From Octopus bimaculoides (taxonomy: Eukaryota), in contig NC_068994.1 in NCBI RefSeq assembly GCF_001194135.2, positions 38,706,467 through 38,756,674 of the forward strand: DNA of 50,208 nt. Reading direction: 5' to 3'. Made by a program: the position numbers and the translations under genes. This document shows, one piece after another, positions 12,892-25,550 of this stretch (positions within the stretch are counted from its first letter, which is position 1; each line of letters opens with the position of its first letter). The notes beneath the pieces are model-generated. The model worked only from the letters and a program-made list of their open reading frames with translations. It searched no databases and was not told the DNA's origin.

Positions 12892-13778
12892 NNNNNNNNN
12901 NNNNNNNNNNNNNNNNNNNNNNNNNNNNNNNNNNNNNNNNNNNNNNNNNNNNNNNNNNNNNNNNNNNNNNNNNNNNNNNNNNNNNNNNNNNNNNNNNNNN
13001 NNNNNNNNNNNNNNNNNNNNNNNNNNNNNNNNNNNNNNNNNNNNNNNNNNNNNNNNNNNNNNNNNNNNNNNNNNNNNNNNNNNNNNNNNNNNNNNNNNNN
13101 NNNNNNNNNNNNNNNNNNNNNNNNNNNNNNNNNNNNNNNNNNNNNNNNNNNNNNNNNNNNNNNNNNNNNNNNNNNNNNNNNNNNNNNNNNNNNNNNNNNN
13201 NNNNNNNNNNNNNNNNNNNNNNNNNNNNNNNNNNNNNNNNNNNNNNNNNNNNNNNNNNNNNNNNNNNNNNNNNNNNNNNNNNNNNNNNNNNNNNNNNNNN
13301 NNNNNNNNNNNNNNNNNNNNNNNNNNNNNNNNNNNNNNNNNNNNNNNNNNNNNNNNNNNNNNNNNNNNNNNNNNNNNNNNNNNNNNNNNNNNNNNNNNNN
13401 NNNNNNNNNNNNNNNNNNNNNNNNNNNNNNNNNNNNNNNNNNNNNNNNNNNNNNNNNNNNNNNNNNNNNNNNNNNNNNNNNNNNNNNNNNNNNNNNNNNN
13501 NNNNNNNNNNNNNNNNNNNNNNNNNNNNNNNNNNNNNNNNNNNNNNNNNNNNNNNNNNNNNNNNNNNNNNNNNNNNNNNNNNNNNNNNNNNNNNNNNNNN
13601 NNNNNNNNNNNNNNNNNNNNNNNNNNNNNNNNNNNNNNNNNNNNNNNNNNNNNNNNNNNNNNNNNNNNNNNNNNNNNNNNNNNNNNNNNNNNNNNNNNNN
13701 NNNNNNNNNNNNNNNNNNNNNNNNNNNNNNNNNNNNNNNNNNNNNNNNNNNNNNNNNNNNNNNNNNNNNNNNNNNNNN

Positions 13779-13840
<62 letters not shown>

Positions 13841-13842
13841 TT

Positions 13843-13932
13843 GTAAGGCCTGGCACATATTCTATCAGTCTCTTTTGCAGAACTGCTGAGTTACAGGGGT
13901 GTAAATAAACCAGCACTAGTTATCAAGCAGTG

Positions 13933-13992
<60 letters not shown>

Positions 13993-14149
13993 CAAGCTTC
14001 TTTCAGTTTTTCTCTTCCAGATCCACTCACAAGACTTTGGCCAGCTCAAGGCTATAGTAGAATGTACTTGCCCAAAGTGTCACACAGTCAGACCGAACCC
14101 AGAAACATGTGGTTGGGAAGTAAACTTCTTACCACACACCCATGCCTGT
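13843..14149 (-). mobile_element. Family B SINE with (CA)n and G-type tail
   Basis: CTATAGTAGAA..ACTTGCCCAAAGTG..TGTGGTTGGGAAG..CTTCTTACCAC..CCATGCCTG is the inverted B head. The 5' side TATTCTATCAGTCTCTTTTGC.GAACTGCT.AGTTAC is the inverted tail also seen at 8340-8500. Confidence 0.8.
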
Positions 14150-14229
14150 ATCTACTCGATAAATATGACTATACTTCACACTGTTATATGAAAAACCTGT
14201 CGAATTCCATTCATTCTCTTAGTTACTAT

Positions 14230-14620
14230 AAGTATACTACATACAGAGAGGGAGAGAGAGACCTACTGCAGATGTTATTTAGCATTCCTTCTCTTCTCGC
14301 TGTACCAAAGTGAAACTATGTGTAAGAAGTGCAATGCAGTATGACAGTGAACATGGAGAGTATTTAGATTAATTGGAGAGGAAGGAACTTGGATATAGTG
14401 TGGTTTATGCTGGATATGTGATGTATGGTGATAACTGACAAGAAAGGCTGTGGGAAAGTAAGTTGAAAGAGCAGGTTGGATTTAAATGATGTTATCTGAT
14501 CTATAAAGGGAAGATGTTTTCTGCTGATAGGGTACAAATAAAGAGGGAATGGATAAATATAGCTGGGTGGTAAAATATGATGTGTGTTGATGGTTGGTGA
14601 ATGATAACATAAGCAGCGGT
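14230..14620 (+). pseudogene. Decayed RTE-like LINE fragment (post-RT region)
   Basis: About 14313-14360 translates as KLCVRSAMQYDSEH, resembling the RTE motif CVRSAMLYGSETW. It is purine-rich with stops. Confidence 0.5.
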
Positions 14621-14859
14621 AAGTGGGGAGAGAGGGGGAGAGAGTGAAGAGAGAGAGAAAGAAAGAGAAAGAGAAAGAGAGAGTGAAAAGGGGGAAATAT
14701 TTTGGAAGAATTAGTTAGGAGGACAGACCAGAGAATATATTTGGTGCTTAAGAATGAATTAATGAAGTTATTATTGATGTACGTGGAGACATGCCTGTAT
14801 TACCAATCAGCCTAAACTTAGGTAAGATTGAGGAAAATAAAAATATGTGCTTTAAAGTG

Positions 14860-15152
14860 ATGGTGATGCTGCTGCTACTACTGATGATGATGATGACGAT
14901 GATGATGGTGGTGGTGGTGCTTTGGTGGTGGTGCTTTGGTGGTGGTGGTGCTTTGGTGGTGGTGGTGCTTTGGTGGTGGTGGTGGTGCTGGCAGTGAAGA
15001 TAATGACAGTATTGGTGGTGGTTGTAGTGATGATGATGATGATGATGATGATGACGATGATGATGATGATGAGGATGGTATTGTGGTGTTGAAGGTAGTG
15101 GTGGTGTCGGCAATGAAGATGATGGCAGTATTGGTGGTGGTAGTAATGGCTG

Positions 15153-15190
<38 letters not shown>

Positions 15191-15300
15191 TTGACAAAGC
15201 GTTGGTAGTGGCTATAGTGATAGCAGAGGCAATGGTTATGATGATGCTGATGCTGCTGCTGCTGCTGCTGATGATGATGACGATGATGATGATGATGTGC
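14860..15300. repeat. Compound (GAT)/(GGT)/(GCT) trinucleotide microsatellite
   Basis: Read directly. Similar tracts occur at 6805-6910, 16110-16450, 18105-18235, 19600-19830, 20393-20490, 28670-28875, 41805-41990 and 50030-50155. Confidence 0.95.
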
Positions 15301-16688
15301 AGGATGAATGCGAGGACAAGAACAAGGATGGTAGTGTGGATGGAGAGAAAACCAAAGGAATGTCAGAGTAGATATAAAATAAACGAAAAGGTTAAATGAA
15401 TATTAAATTTATAATCTTCACTTCATATCATTATTCACTTTATACTAGAAAGCAAAAAACAAATAGAAAGGAAAAAAAATGCTTTCTTTCTACTTTGCTC
15501 TTTTTTTTTTTTTTTTTTTTAATTTCATAGCTTATCACTTCACGTTCATTAAAAGAGATTTTCTGGGTCAATAAAGGAAGTCTCAACTGTTTGACGGAAT
15601 TGAACTTGCCAATTTTCAGTTCTACATTTGAATATTGATTTAACTACATTGAAATATTGTAAAAACTATTTTCTTTTAGTTTACTACAGTAAAAATGTTT
15701 TTAAAAATATGGTAAATTATGTTTTATATTCCATCCTTGAAATTAGATACATCTAAAACACTTTAGCGGCCTCCATGTACATTTTTATCTTAATTTATTC
15801 CAAAATTCTATTTTCATTTACTGTTTATGTATTTCATTAATATTATTATTATATTTATTAATTTATTTGATTTTTTTTGCTTTTGTTTTTGTTTTTGTTT
15901 TTGTTTTCCTGCTGAAAATTCCAAAGTGTTACAAGAGAATTTTTCTGATAAAAGACATTGTAAGGATATGTAGAATTATTAAAGAATTATTATTTTAGGC
16001 AGTAAATGGCCTGACAGTGAAATAGAGGAAAGGAACAACCATAATTTCTTTAACAAAATCAGCCACGATAAGAAAAATAGCTGGAAAACACATGCACACA
16101 AAAGACCATATAACATCATCATCATCGTCGTCATCATTACTATCTTCAACACCACCACCACAACCTTCTTACTCACCATTTTCCTCATTACCACCACGAT
16201 GACAACAACGACGACAATGACGACGACCACCACCACTACCACCTCGACCAACACCACAACTACAACAGCTACAACAGCAACAAAATTCCTCCTTATCATT
16301 AATGTTATTACCACCACCACCACCACCACCACCACCAATACCACCACCACAACTACAACAACAACAACAACAACATTTTTCATCATCAATATCATTAACC
16401 CTCCCACTGTGATCATCATCATCATTATCACTATCACCACCACCACCACATGGTTGAGAAGCAAGTTTCTCAATCATATGGCCTTGGGTTCAATCCCATT
16501 ATGTGCGATCATGAGCAAGTGTCTTAATTGTCTTCTGCTATATGAGGGGGTAACCCAAAACATTCTCTGTGGAACGAACCCATTGTAGTTCAGGCTTCTG
16601 CCACTAGAAGCCACACATGTATAATCCACTGAATACACTTTGGAATTATTGTCAATTTGATTGAGATTTAAAACAAATACATGTATGC

Positions 16689-16741
<53 letters not shown>

Positions 16742-18120
16742 NNNNNNNNNNNNNNNNNNNNNNNNNNNNNNNNNNNNNNNNNNNNNNNNNNNNNNNNNNN
16801 NNNNNNNNNNNNNNNNNNNNNNNNNNNNNNNNNNNNNNNNNNNNNNNNNNNNNNNNNNNNNNNNNNNNNNNNNNNNNNNNNNNNNNNNNNNNNNNNNNNN
16901 NNNNNNNNNNNNNNNNNNNNNNNNNNNNNNNNNNNNNNNNNNNNNNNNNNNNNNNNNNNNNNNNNNNNNNNNNNNNNNNNNNNNNNNNNNNNNNNNNNNN
17001 NNNNNNNNNNNNNNNNNNNNNNNNNNNNNNNNNNNNNNNNNNNNNNNNNNNNNNNNNNNNNNNNNNNNNNNNNNNNNNNNNNNNNNNNNNNNNNNNNNNN
17101 NNNNNNNNNNNNNNNNNNNNNNNNNNNNNNNNNNNNNNNNNNNNNNNNNNNNNNNNNNNNNNNNNNNNNNNNNNNNNNNNNNNNNNNNNNNNNNNNNNNN
17201 NNNNNNNNNNNNNNNNNNNNNNNNNNNNNNNNNNNNNNNNNNNNNNNNNNNNNNNNNNNNNNNNNNNNNNNNNNNNNNNNNNNNNNNNNNNNNNNNNNNN
17301 NNNNNNNNNNNNNNNNNNNNNNNNNNNNNNNNNNNNNNNNNNNNNNNNNNNNNNNNNNNNNNNNNNNNNNNNNNNNNNNNNNNNNNNNNNNNNNNNNNNN
17401 NNNNNNNNNNNNNNNNNNNNNNNNNNNNNNNNNNNNNNNNNNNNNNNNNNNNNNNNNTTGGAATTATTGTCAATTTGATTGAGATTTAAAACAAATACAT
17501 GTATGCATGTATATATATATATGTATGCATGCATACATATATGTAGTTATATGTACATGCACAGGAAACAAGAGAACAATGGTTTAGCTCAAACTAGTCA
17601 AACAGCCTGTATTTTATTGTCTATAAATCCTTTTAAAAAGGCAGAAATAATAAGAATGCATGAGACGTCCACCGCAAATTTCTTTTAACCCTTTGATGAA
17701 TCTATTTCTAAAGAATAGAAAAGACTGTTATTGTGTTTCAATTAGTTTTCTACACATTCAAAGTTTCGTAGCAGTTTAGTAAAATATCTTTAACAGTATA
17801 CATTGGCCTTTGTTATCTTGATTGACTAAACACCCATGTTATTATATTTCATGAAGCAATGAGAGAGAGCCTGTATGTGGTTATTGAATAGCTAGAAATA
17901 GAAGCTAAATTCCCCACCACCACCACCACCACCACCACCCCACCTGTTATAAATCACACTCTACCATCTCAATAAGGAAGGACACATTTGATGCTGATAC
18001 ACAGGGGGGTAATTATGGGGATAACCATAGTCATGGTGAAATATTGAAGATCATGTCTTTCCAATCAAGGGTCACTTAGGACTGTAACATGATCATTACC
18101 ATGCTTATTGTTGTTGTTGT

Positions 18121-18155
<35 letters not shown>

Positions 18156-20090
18156 TTTCATCATTCATGTTATTTTCATCATTGTCATTGTCATTAATAT
18201 CGTCATCAACATCATCATCATCATCACCATTGTCATTTATGCTTTCATGAAATTTCTTACGAAGATGGTGATTCAAAAAGATTAGTTTCATATGAGTTAT
18301 CTTAAGTGATTTCAGGTAGTTTGGTATTTACTAAAAGAACTTTAACTAACAAATATTTTTAATCAATTTCTCTGTATAAGTTACCATAAGTTTCTCTGTT
18401 GCCTGTCTTCACAGTGATTCTGCTTTATAATTTCAGCAGATATCTTTTATATATATTTCCTTCAACATAAAACTATTTTTTTGGTTTTTGTTTTTGTTTT
18501 TAAACAAGTCAGCTGAAAGATCTTATGTATATCTATCAGGATTTACAGATCATTATCTTCACGAGAAAGACAAAGAAAATGTTCTGAAAATAAATATTTC
18601 TAATAAATATACATGACTGACCATCTCTACTACCTCTACTTGAAAATATTGAACCTTTGCAGCTTATCTTATTTATCATTTCCTGTGACTGATATTTTAA
18701 TAAATGGATGCATATGTATTGGCTATATCGATGAGGAATGACAGTACATTTAGTCAGACATGAAAGCTTGATCTACTGCTATATGGGAGATGTCATGCAG
18801 ATAATATTCCTGTTATATAAAATGGAAACACCTGCCTTATATCAATTTTTTAATTTTTTATATTTCTTTTTATTTCTTTTTATGTATTTACACTAATTAA
18901 CTAGTGCATTTATCATACATTATTTGAATGCATCATTAAAGCAATCAGTTCAAAGTAGTGCATTAAGTGAACAGATTAATCGACTGGAAATCCTTTTATC
19001 CTTCTTGATTACATGACAACATTAAAAGGGTTCTAACGATTATATTGCGTACTTAAGCATGTTGTTATATGTATTTGTGTATGTTTGTAAACTTTAGATG
19101 TCACTGATTAAATTGAAACTTTCCATGATATTTCCATGAAATTTACTTTTACAAAATTTTTCCTGATCAAGCTATAATTAATATGAGTCTTTAGATTCCT
19201 CTGATACCTATGACCTAACCAATATTCCTTCCAAGTAGTCTAAGTAATAAAACTTCCAAATTGCCAGTTACATTACTTGATTCGAGTTTCTGCAGCTTCC
19301 TTCCATCCAAATATACAGGATAGAAGAAGATAAGGCTGATGTTTACTATATGCCAGATATAATCCGATGATAAACCATTTTGAAGAAGACCAATTTAAAT
19401 CAAATATAATCTCAAATAAACCCAGGTTTCTTTTCCTGTTTTCTTTTTTATGAGTCACAAAGGTCCTATATTTCAGATGAATTGGGAAGTAGGATAACCT
19501 AATGTCAATACTTTTCCCAGATGTATATGAAAGATGACAGCTAATGCAGGATGAGACTTGTACTGCTTGTGTAAGCGTAGCAAAAGCAAAAAAAAATTCT
19601 GATTATGGTGACAATGATGACAACAGTGATGGTAATGATGATGATGACAACTATGATGATGATGATGACGACGACGACGATGACAACGACGATGATGGCA
19701 ACGACGATGATGATGCCAACAGAGATGAAAATAGTGATGGTGGTGATGATGATTGTGGTGATGATGATGATGATGATGATGATGATGAGGATGATGACGA
19801 CGATGACAATAATGTGATGGTAATGTGGTGAATTGGCAAAGTCATTAGAACCATAGATAGAACGCCTCATATTATTCATTCTAGTTCTCTGCACACAGAT
19901 TTCAAATCTTGCCAAGGTCATTTTGCCTTCCATTCTTTCAGGATTGGGGAAAAAATTATAGTGCCAATCTATGGTAGTGGACTGGTGGAACTCTAATGGA
20001 TGCCTTGTAATATTTGTTTCAGTTCTTTGTTTTTGAGATCAAATCCCAGATTGGCTTACATGGCTGATGCCTAGTTTCACTTTACCTCAC

Positions 20091-20213
20091 CAACCTTTGG
20101 TATTTTTAACAGGGTTCACACTGTTGCAAGCATTTGAATCAGGCTCCTGTTTGAGGATGCCCTTTAAAGGAGCAGGGTTATCACTTAAAATGTGTAACCT
20201 AACTGGAGGGGGT
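20091..20213 (-). CDS. Candidate 123-nt internal coding exon of an unidentified gene (PPPVRLHILSDNPAPLKGILKQEPDSNACNSVNPVKNTKG)
   Basis: Long pyrimidine tract and CTATTCCACAG acceptor upstream. Donor TG/GTGAGG (alternative AAG/GTTGGT 4 nt earlier). Only one frame is open and the length is divisible by 3. Unique sequence, no recognised homolog. Confidence 0.35.
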
Positions 20214-20391
20214 CTGTGGAATAGAATGACCAAGGAAACTATGGATTGGAAGGAGAGGTGAGGGAAAAGCAAATCTCAGAATGCAGAATCTCACAAAAGG
20301 AAAGAAGAAAGGACTGAAACAAGCAGCAAGGTGTTAAACTGGCAAAGACCCATCCAGCCCATGTATGTATACCAAAAGAAATGGATGCAAA

Positions 20392-20457
<66 letters not shown>

Positions 20458-21619
20458 TGAGGATGCTGATGATAGCCATGGTGGTGGTGGTGATTTTTAG
20501 ATACAAATGAAAAGTGTCAATTGAGAATGGCAATTAATTCATAGATTCATTGGACTTAACAGATTTCTTTATTCTATGATTAGTGCAATAAATACAATAG
20601 GGTGACTGCAAATTCCTCATCCCTTTTGTATTATTATATTCTAAAAATCTGGTATTTGCAAACCACGTATTAGATGCATACAATGCATGCACATGACATC
20701 GAGTGCATTACCAGAGTTGGCATTGGTTGGCATGGAATCATGCTAGGGAGATGAATACCTTCCAAATGTCATGATTGTTTATGTTCTTCTTTGTTTTAGA
20801 TAGATAAATTAAGATTTACTTAAGCTTTACATCAATATGAGAACAAAGAAAAGCATAAGTTGGTGTAGTTGTAGTAATAATATCAGGACAGGTGAAATGA
20901 TATGTTATGTGCAGGAAGAGAGATGAAAAGATACTGTCATCAAGTTTGATTACAGGAAATGATCTTACTGATAAGTTCTTCTGGAAAAGAAGTGGTGGTG
21001 TTGTTGGGGTTGGGTGGTGGATGTTAGATGTTGTCATGTTGTTGGCAGAAAGAGATGGACAGAGTAGACATTTCATAGAAAACGTGATAGAAAACTGGTT
21101 AAATTAGCTGTGTAGCCAATGTAACTGTAATTTTAGTGTCTGCAACATACTACCTCTGTTGTTGTTTTTAACACCAAATAGAACCTGGTTAAGTAGAGCT
21201 ATGATCAAAGGTATTCCATCCATGGCCAGCTCCTCTTTTTTTCTTCAACACACATGTTGCACTACGTTACAATAAATATATTTTTAATGTGATAACTTCT
21301 AATGTACTCTATGAGTTCCCTTATGGTGATTAGAAAGAATTATTAGGGATTCAGTAACATTATCCTTTGGCCCAGCAAGCAAAGGAGACAGCTCAAAACG
21401 TTTATGAATTATTACCTTTCATCAGCATAAGTATAGCTTTTGTCATTGCTTTCTGCTACTGCAATGACTGTTTACTGTATAAAAATGTTTCAGTGTATGA
21501 TCTGAGGGAGATTTGATTTCTAATTCTAAAGGGCTGAGACGCTAGTAGAATATCACCTGCTGGCTTGTAGTAGTACTCGTGGTAGCAGAATTGTTAATGG
21601 TAGTCATATATATAGTCGT

Positions 21620-22010
21620 GAGGAGACGCAATGGCCCAGTGGTTAGGGCAGCGGACTCGCAGTCATAGGATCGCGGTTTCTATTCCCAGACCGGGCGTTG
21701 TGAGTGTTTATTGAGCGAAAACACCTAAAGCTCCATGGCTCCAGCAGGGGATGGTGGCGAACCCTGCTGTACTCTTTCACCACAACCTTCTCTCACTCTT
21801 TCTTCCTGCTTCTGTTGTACCTGTATTTCAAAGGGCCAGCCTTGTTGCACTCTGTATCACGCTGAATATCCCCGAGAACTATGTTAAGGGTACACATGTC
21901 TGTGGAGTGCTCAGCCACTTGCACATTAATTTCATGAGCAAGCTGTTCCATTGATCGGATCAACTGGAACCCTCGATGTCGAAAGCGACGGAGTGCCAAC
22001 AACAACAACA
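21620..22010 (+). mobile_element. Full-length tRNA-derived SINE (family A) with 14-bp target-site duplication
   Basis: A-box TGGCCCAGTGG (21632-42), B-box-like GGTTTCTATTCCC (21675-87) and (CAA)n tail. TSD ATATATATAGTCGT at 21606-21619 and 22011-22024. Confidence 0.92.
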
Positions 22011-22571
22011 ATATATATAGTCGTATATATATTTATGATGATTGCAATGAAGTATAATACTGTAGTGTTATAGTTTAGCCCCAGGTTAGCTCTAATTGAG
22101 CCACCCTTTGAGTAAAGATGTTCAAGCCAGAAACATTCTGTCCTATTGTTTTAAGACTTAGCATATCTCGGGCTGTATCACTTAAGGTAAATTTGATTGC
22201 TAATTTCAAATAGATCAAGCAGCCATGCAAAGGTTCTCTCAAGTTAATGCAGTACATGAAATAAAGTATTGTTTTTACTAGTCTTTGTTGTATGAATCAT
22301 AACCCAGTTGAATACGTTGGTATTTCAAGGGGTGGGATGCAGAGGGTATCAGATGGTCATATCAGAGGTGGTGGTGGTGGGATAACACAAGAAATAGGTT
22401 TTAAATATACTATACTGTACTAATGCCAAGGATACCTCTGATGTCAAAATCACGTGAATTTGGGAAGAGGGGCCTTGCAAGTCTACCAGCTAGATGTAAG
22501 AACATTTAGAAAATGAAGGAGAATATGTTTTAGATTAAAAAAAACTTTGTAAATCATAATTTTGAAAAACA

Positions 22572-22632
22572 TAGGTCATCCTATAAATAATGACTTTTTA
22601 TAAAAAAAAGCATTATTTATGGGATGACCCAA
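22572..22632. mobile_element. Miniature mariner-like MITE (about 60 bp, essentially two TIRs)
   Basis: GGTCATCCTATAAATAATG ... CATTATTTATGGGATGACC inverted pair around a short T/A spacer. The right end is followed by TA. The same terminal sequence occurs at 7524-7545. Confidence 0.7.
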
Positions 22633-23632
22633 TATATATGCACACACACACACATATATACTGTATACAATGATACAATGGGATTCCTGACAGTCTCTGT
22701 CCACCAAATTTATTCCCAGGTATTGGTCAGCCTGAGGCTATAACAGAAGACACTTGCTCAATTTACTATGCAGTGAGACATGTAATTTTAATTTTCTTAG
22801 ATGTTTATGTCACTGTTATTGTCACTACATTCAGTAATATATTGGATTTATGGTTTATGAGTGATATTAATATAAACAATATTTTACTAAGGATTCTGCA
22901 TGGTCTGGTACAAGAGAAGATCCATAATGGGTAGATGGGAAGGAAGGGGCTTAATAGCATGATTTACTGCACTAAGTGACACCAACCTGTAGTGACGTCA
23001 CTGGGTGACTTAGAGTAGAAAGCACAATGATAGCTAACAAAGAAGACATAGCGTTTCTGGCTACAGCATAAATTGAAGCGATTGTATAATGCCAATAATT
23101 TTACTATTTGTTCAAGAAACTTCGGAAAGCCATTTAAGCAATTAGTTATATTCCAGTCATGTTGGATTGAAAGCAAATATTACTTTGACAGACAAATGTT
23201 TAAATTAACAAAGTATACCTATAAAGAGAACAGCACACTTCAGTATATTAGTGAGACGTAAGTTTAAAGTATGAACGAGAACTAAGAGACAACACTAATT
23301 TAGTGAGCCTAATTTTCACAGTGAGACTAAATACATATTTATATGAAATCATACATTTATTTATTTATTTATTCATCTATTCCTTTATTTATAATCTATA
23401 CTGTGAATGGCAAATTGGCAGTCATTAGCCTTCCGGATAACCTTCCTCATTGTATTTATTTTGACTTTCAGCACTCTGAGTTCAATTCATACCTAAGTCA
23501 ACCTTATCTTTCACTCTTTTGGAATTGATAAAATGTACCAAACCACGATGGTGGGTTATAGGAACTGTAAACAGCATCTATTGGGCTATCATATTCATGT
23601 TTATAGTTGACAGAATGTATAATCTATCTTTT

Positions 23633-24052
23633 AAATTTTACTTGTTTCAGTCATCGGACTGCAATCATGCTGGGGCACTACCTTAAAGAGCTGTAATCAA
23701 GCAAATTGACCCCAGTACCTTATTTCTTAAGATCTGCTACTTTATTTCTTAAGATCTGCTACCTACCTATTCTATCGTTCCTTTTTGTTGAACTGCTATG
23801 TTACAGGGACATAAACAAACTAACACCAACTGTCAAGCAATGGTGAGGAACCAACATGAATACAAACATGCAAGCTCTCTCACACACACACACACACACA
23901 TTTACAATGGGGTTTCACACAGTTTTCACCTTCCAATTCACTTGCAAGCCTGGAACTATAGTAGAAGACACATGCCTAAGGTGGCATGCTGTGGGACTGA
24001 AATCCACATCATGTGGCTGCAGAGTGAGCATCTTAACCACACAGCCATGTCT
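23633..24052 (-). mobile_element. Full-length family B SINE with G-type tail
   Basis: TTTTACTTGTTTCAGTCAT..CATGCTGGGGCACT..ATTGACCCCAGTAC..(CA)n..CTATAGTAGAAGACAC..CCTAAGGTGGC..AACCACACAGCCATGTCTAC. Includes a small internal tandem duplication of TTATTTCTTAAGATCTGCTAC. Confidence 0.82.
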
Positions 24053-24109
24053 ACATGGATGAAACATTGGAATCACAAGCAATTGTGTACTGACGTCTTT
24101 TAGTACTGA

Positions 24110-24420
24110 TGATGGTTAAAAAGTCCTCTTCAAAATCACAAGATTCCAGATTTGATCCTACTGCATAGTATCGTGGGCAAGTGTTATTTCTTCAGCCTTG
24201 ACTTGATCCATATCATGTGAATAAAACTGGATAGACAGAAACTGTTTAGAAGCTTGTCAGATGGATTTTAATTCTAATTCAAAGATCCAGCCTCATTACA
24301 CTATACCATACTGATTCCCTCTGAGAATGACATAAAGGCTACATATGCCTGTATAATACTCAGCTGCTTACATTATAACTCAATGAGTTTGGTAGTTAAG
24401 TTGATCAAACAACTGAAAAC
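24110..24420 (+). mobile_element. Decayed SINE: B-like head joined to A-like tail
   Basis: GTGGGCAAGTGTTATTTC..GGATAGACAGAAACTG..AGAAGC, then ATTCAAAGATCCAGCCTC..CTGATTCCCTCTGAGAATGAC..ATACTCAGCTGCTT. Confidence 0.55.
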
Positions 24421-25179
24421 ACATGACTGGAAATTCTGACCACGAGCCATATATAATTAGTCTGTTAACTGGTTGAAATTTATGGAACAGCAAACAATTG
24501 AGTAACGGTTCTATTTTATATAAAGGGTTTCATTAAGTGATAATATTCCTAGAAATATATAGACTCGACTCATTTGTTTTTATTCATAGTGAAGGGAATT
24601 GAACAAAGAAGTATCATTATGATTAAAAGAGGTTTGAGAGTGGAATAAAGAAATTTTACATTTTCTGGAGTAAGTAGGGGAATGGGTTGTTGATATTGGA
24701 TATGAGCAAGTTAAGTCAAATTTGAAGAATTTCAATGACAGTGTTTAAAGATGTGAAAGTATTTGAGTATGACAAGTCATTTATTGAGTGCAGAACATTA
24801 ATTTCCATTATTGGTAGAACATCTACATTGATTTCTAATATTGTTACAATGTTCACATATATGGTGGATGGTGTGGATACAGTCAATTAAATCAATCCCA
24901 GTACTTGGGGACTACTTAATTTTATTGACTCCAGAATTATGATGAAAGACAAATTTGACCTCAGTGGGATTTGAACTCAGAACACAAAGGGCAATAGCTA
25001 AATACCAATGGCCTTTCGTTTGACACTTTAATGATTCTGCCAATCCAATGCACTCTCATAGAATCAATAGTATTGACTAATATAAAGTAAAATACACTAA
25101 TAAGGGGCAAAATAGAGGAAAATTTAGCTAATTAATTATAGATTGAGAGTCAAAATGAAGTTAGTAACGGACAGAACTG

Positions 25180-25430
25180 AGAGAGAAGGATCACAATTTG
25201 GGTTTCAACTATAATGTGGTTGCTGTATTTCTTGTCAATCAGATATAACAGAAATCTTGGTAAAAAGGAAGAACTCTCTGGTTATTTTGTTGATGTAGAA
25301 ATGTCTCTTGATAGAGTTCCAAATTTTGAAGTCTGATAGGCAATAGCGAAGAGTTAACAGTTAAAATGATTCATTCAGGCTATGGTTAAACTGAAGAATA
25401 GCTTATGAGAATTATTCAGGTTCTGATTAA
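25180..25430 (+). pseudogene. Decayed non-LTR retrotransposon RT fragment (RTE-like)
   Basis: 25286-25321 translates as FVDVEMSLDRVP, matching the RT motif F(V/I)DLEKAFDRVP. It is flanked by in-frame stops. Confidence 0.6.
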
Positions 25431-25550
25431 GTTAATGTTAACATATTTAATTTAGTGAACATAAAAAACTTTAAAAATGGTGATTTTATAGTAAGTGAAA
25501 AACAACTATAAATGTATATATATATATATATATATATATACTATTGGTTC

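Noticed and set aside
19290-19375. Short plus-strand reading LPSIQIYRIEEDKADVYYMPDIIR
   Set aside because: Ends in a stop after 24 codons, with no recognised family or supporting neighbouring exons.
21625-21695. tRNA gene-like sequences (also at 8565, 29631, 37269)
   Set aside because: The cloverleaf is incomplete and continues into SINE bodies with tails and TSDs, so these are SINE heads rather than tRNA genes.
25385-25430. CTGAAGA-ATAGCTTAT-GAGAA just upstream of the real hammerhead
   Set aside because: No GAAA, stem III or stem I. It lies in the decayed RT fragment.
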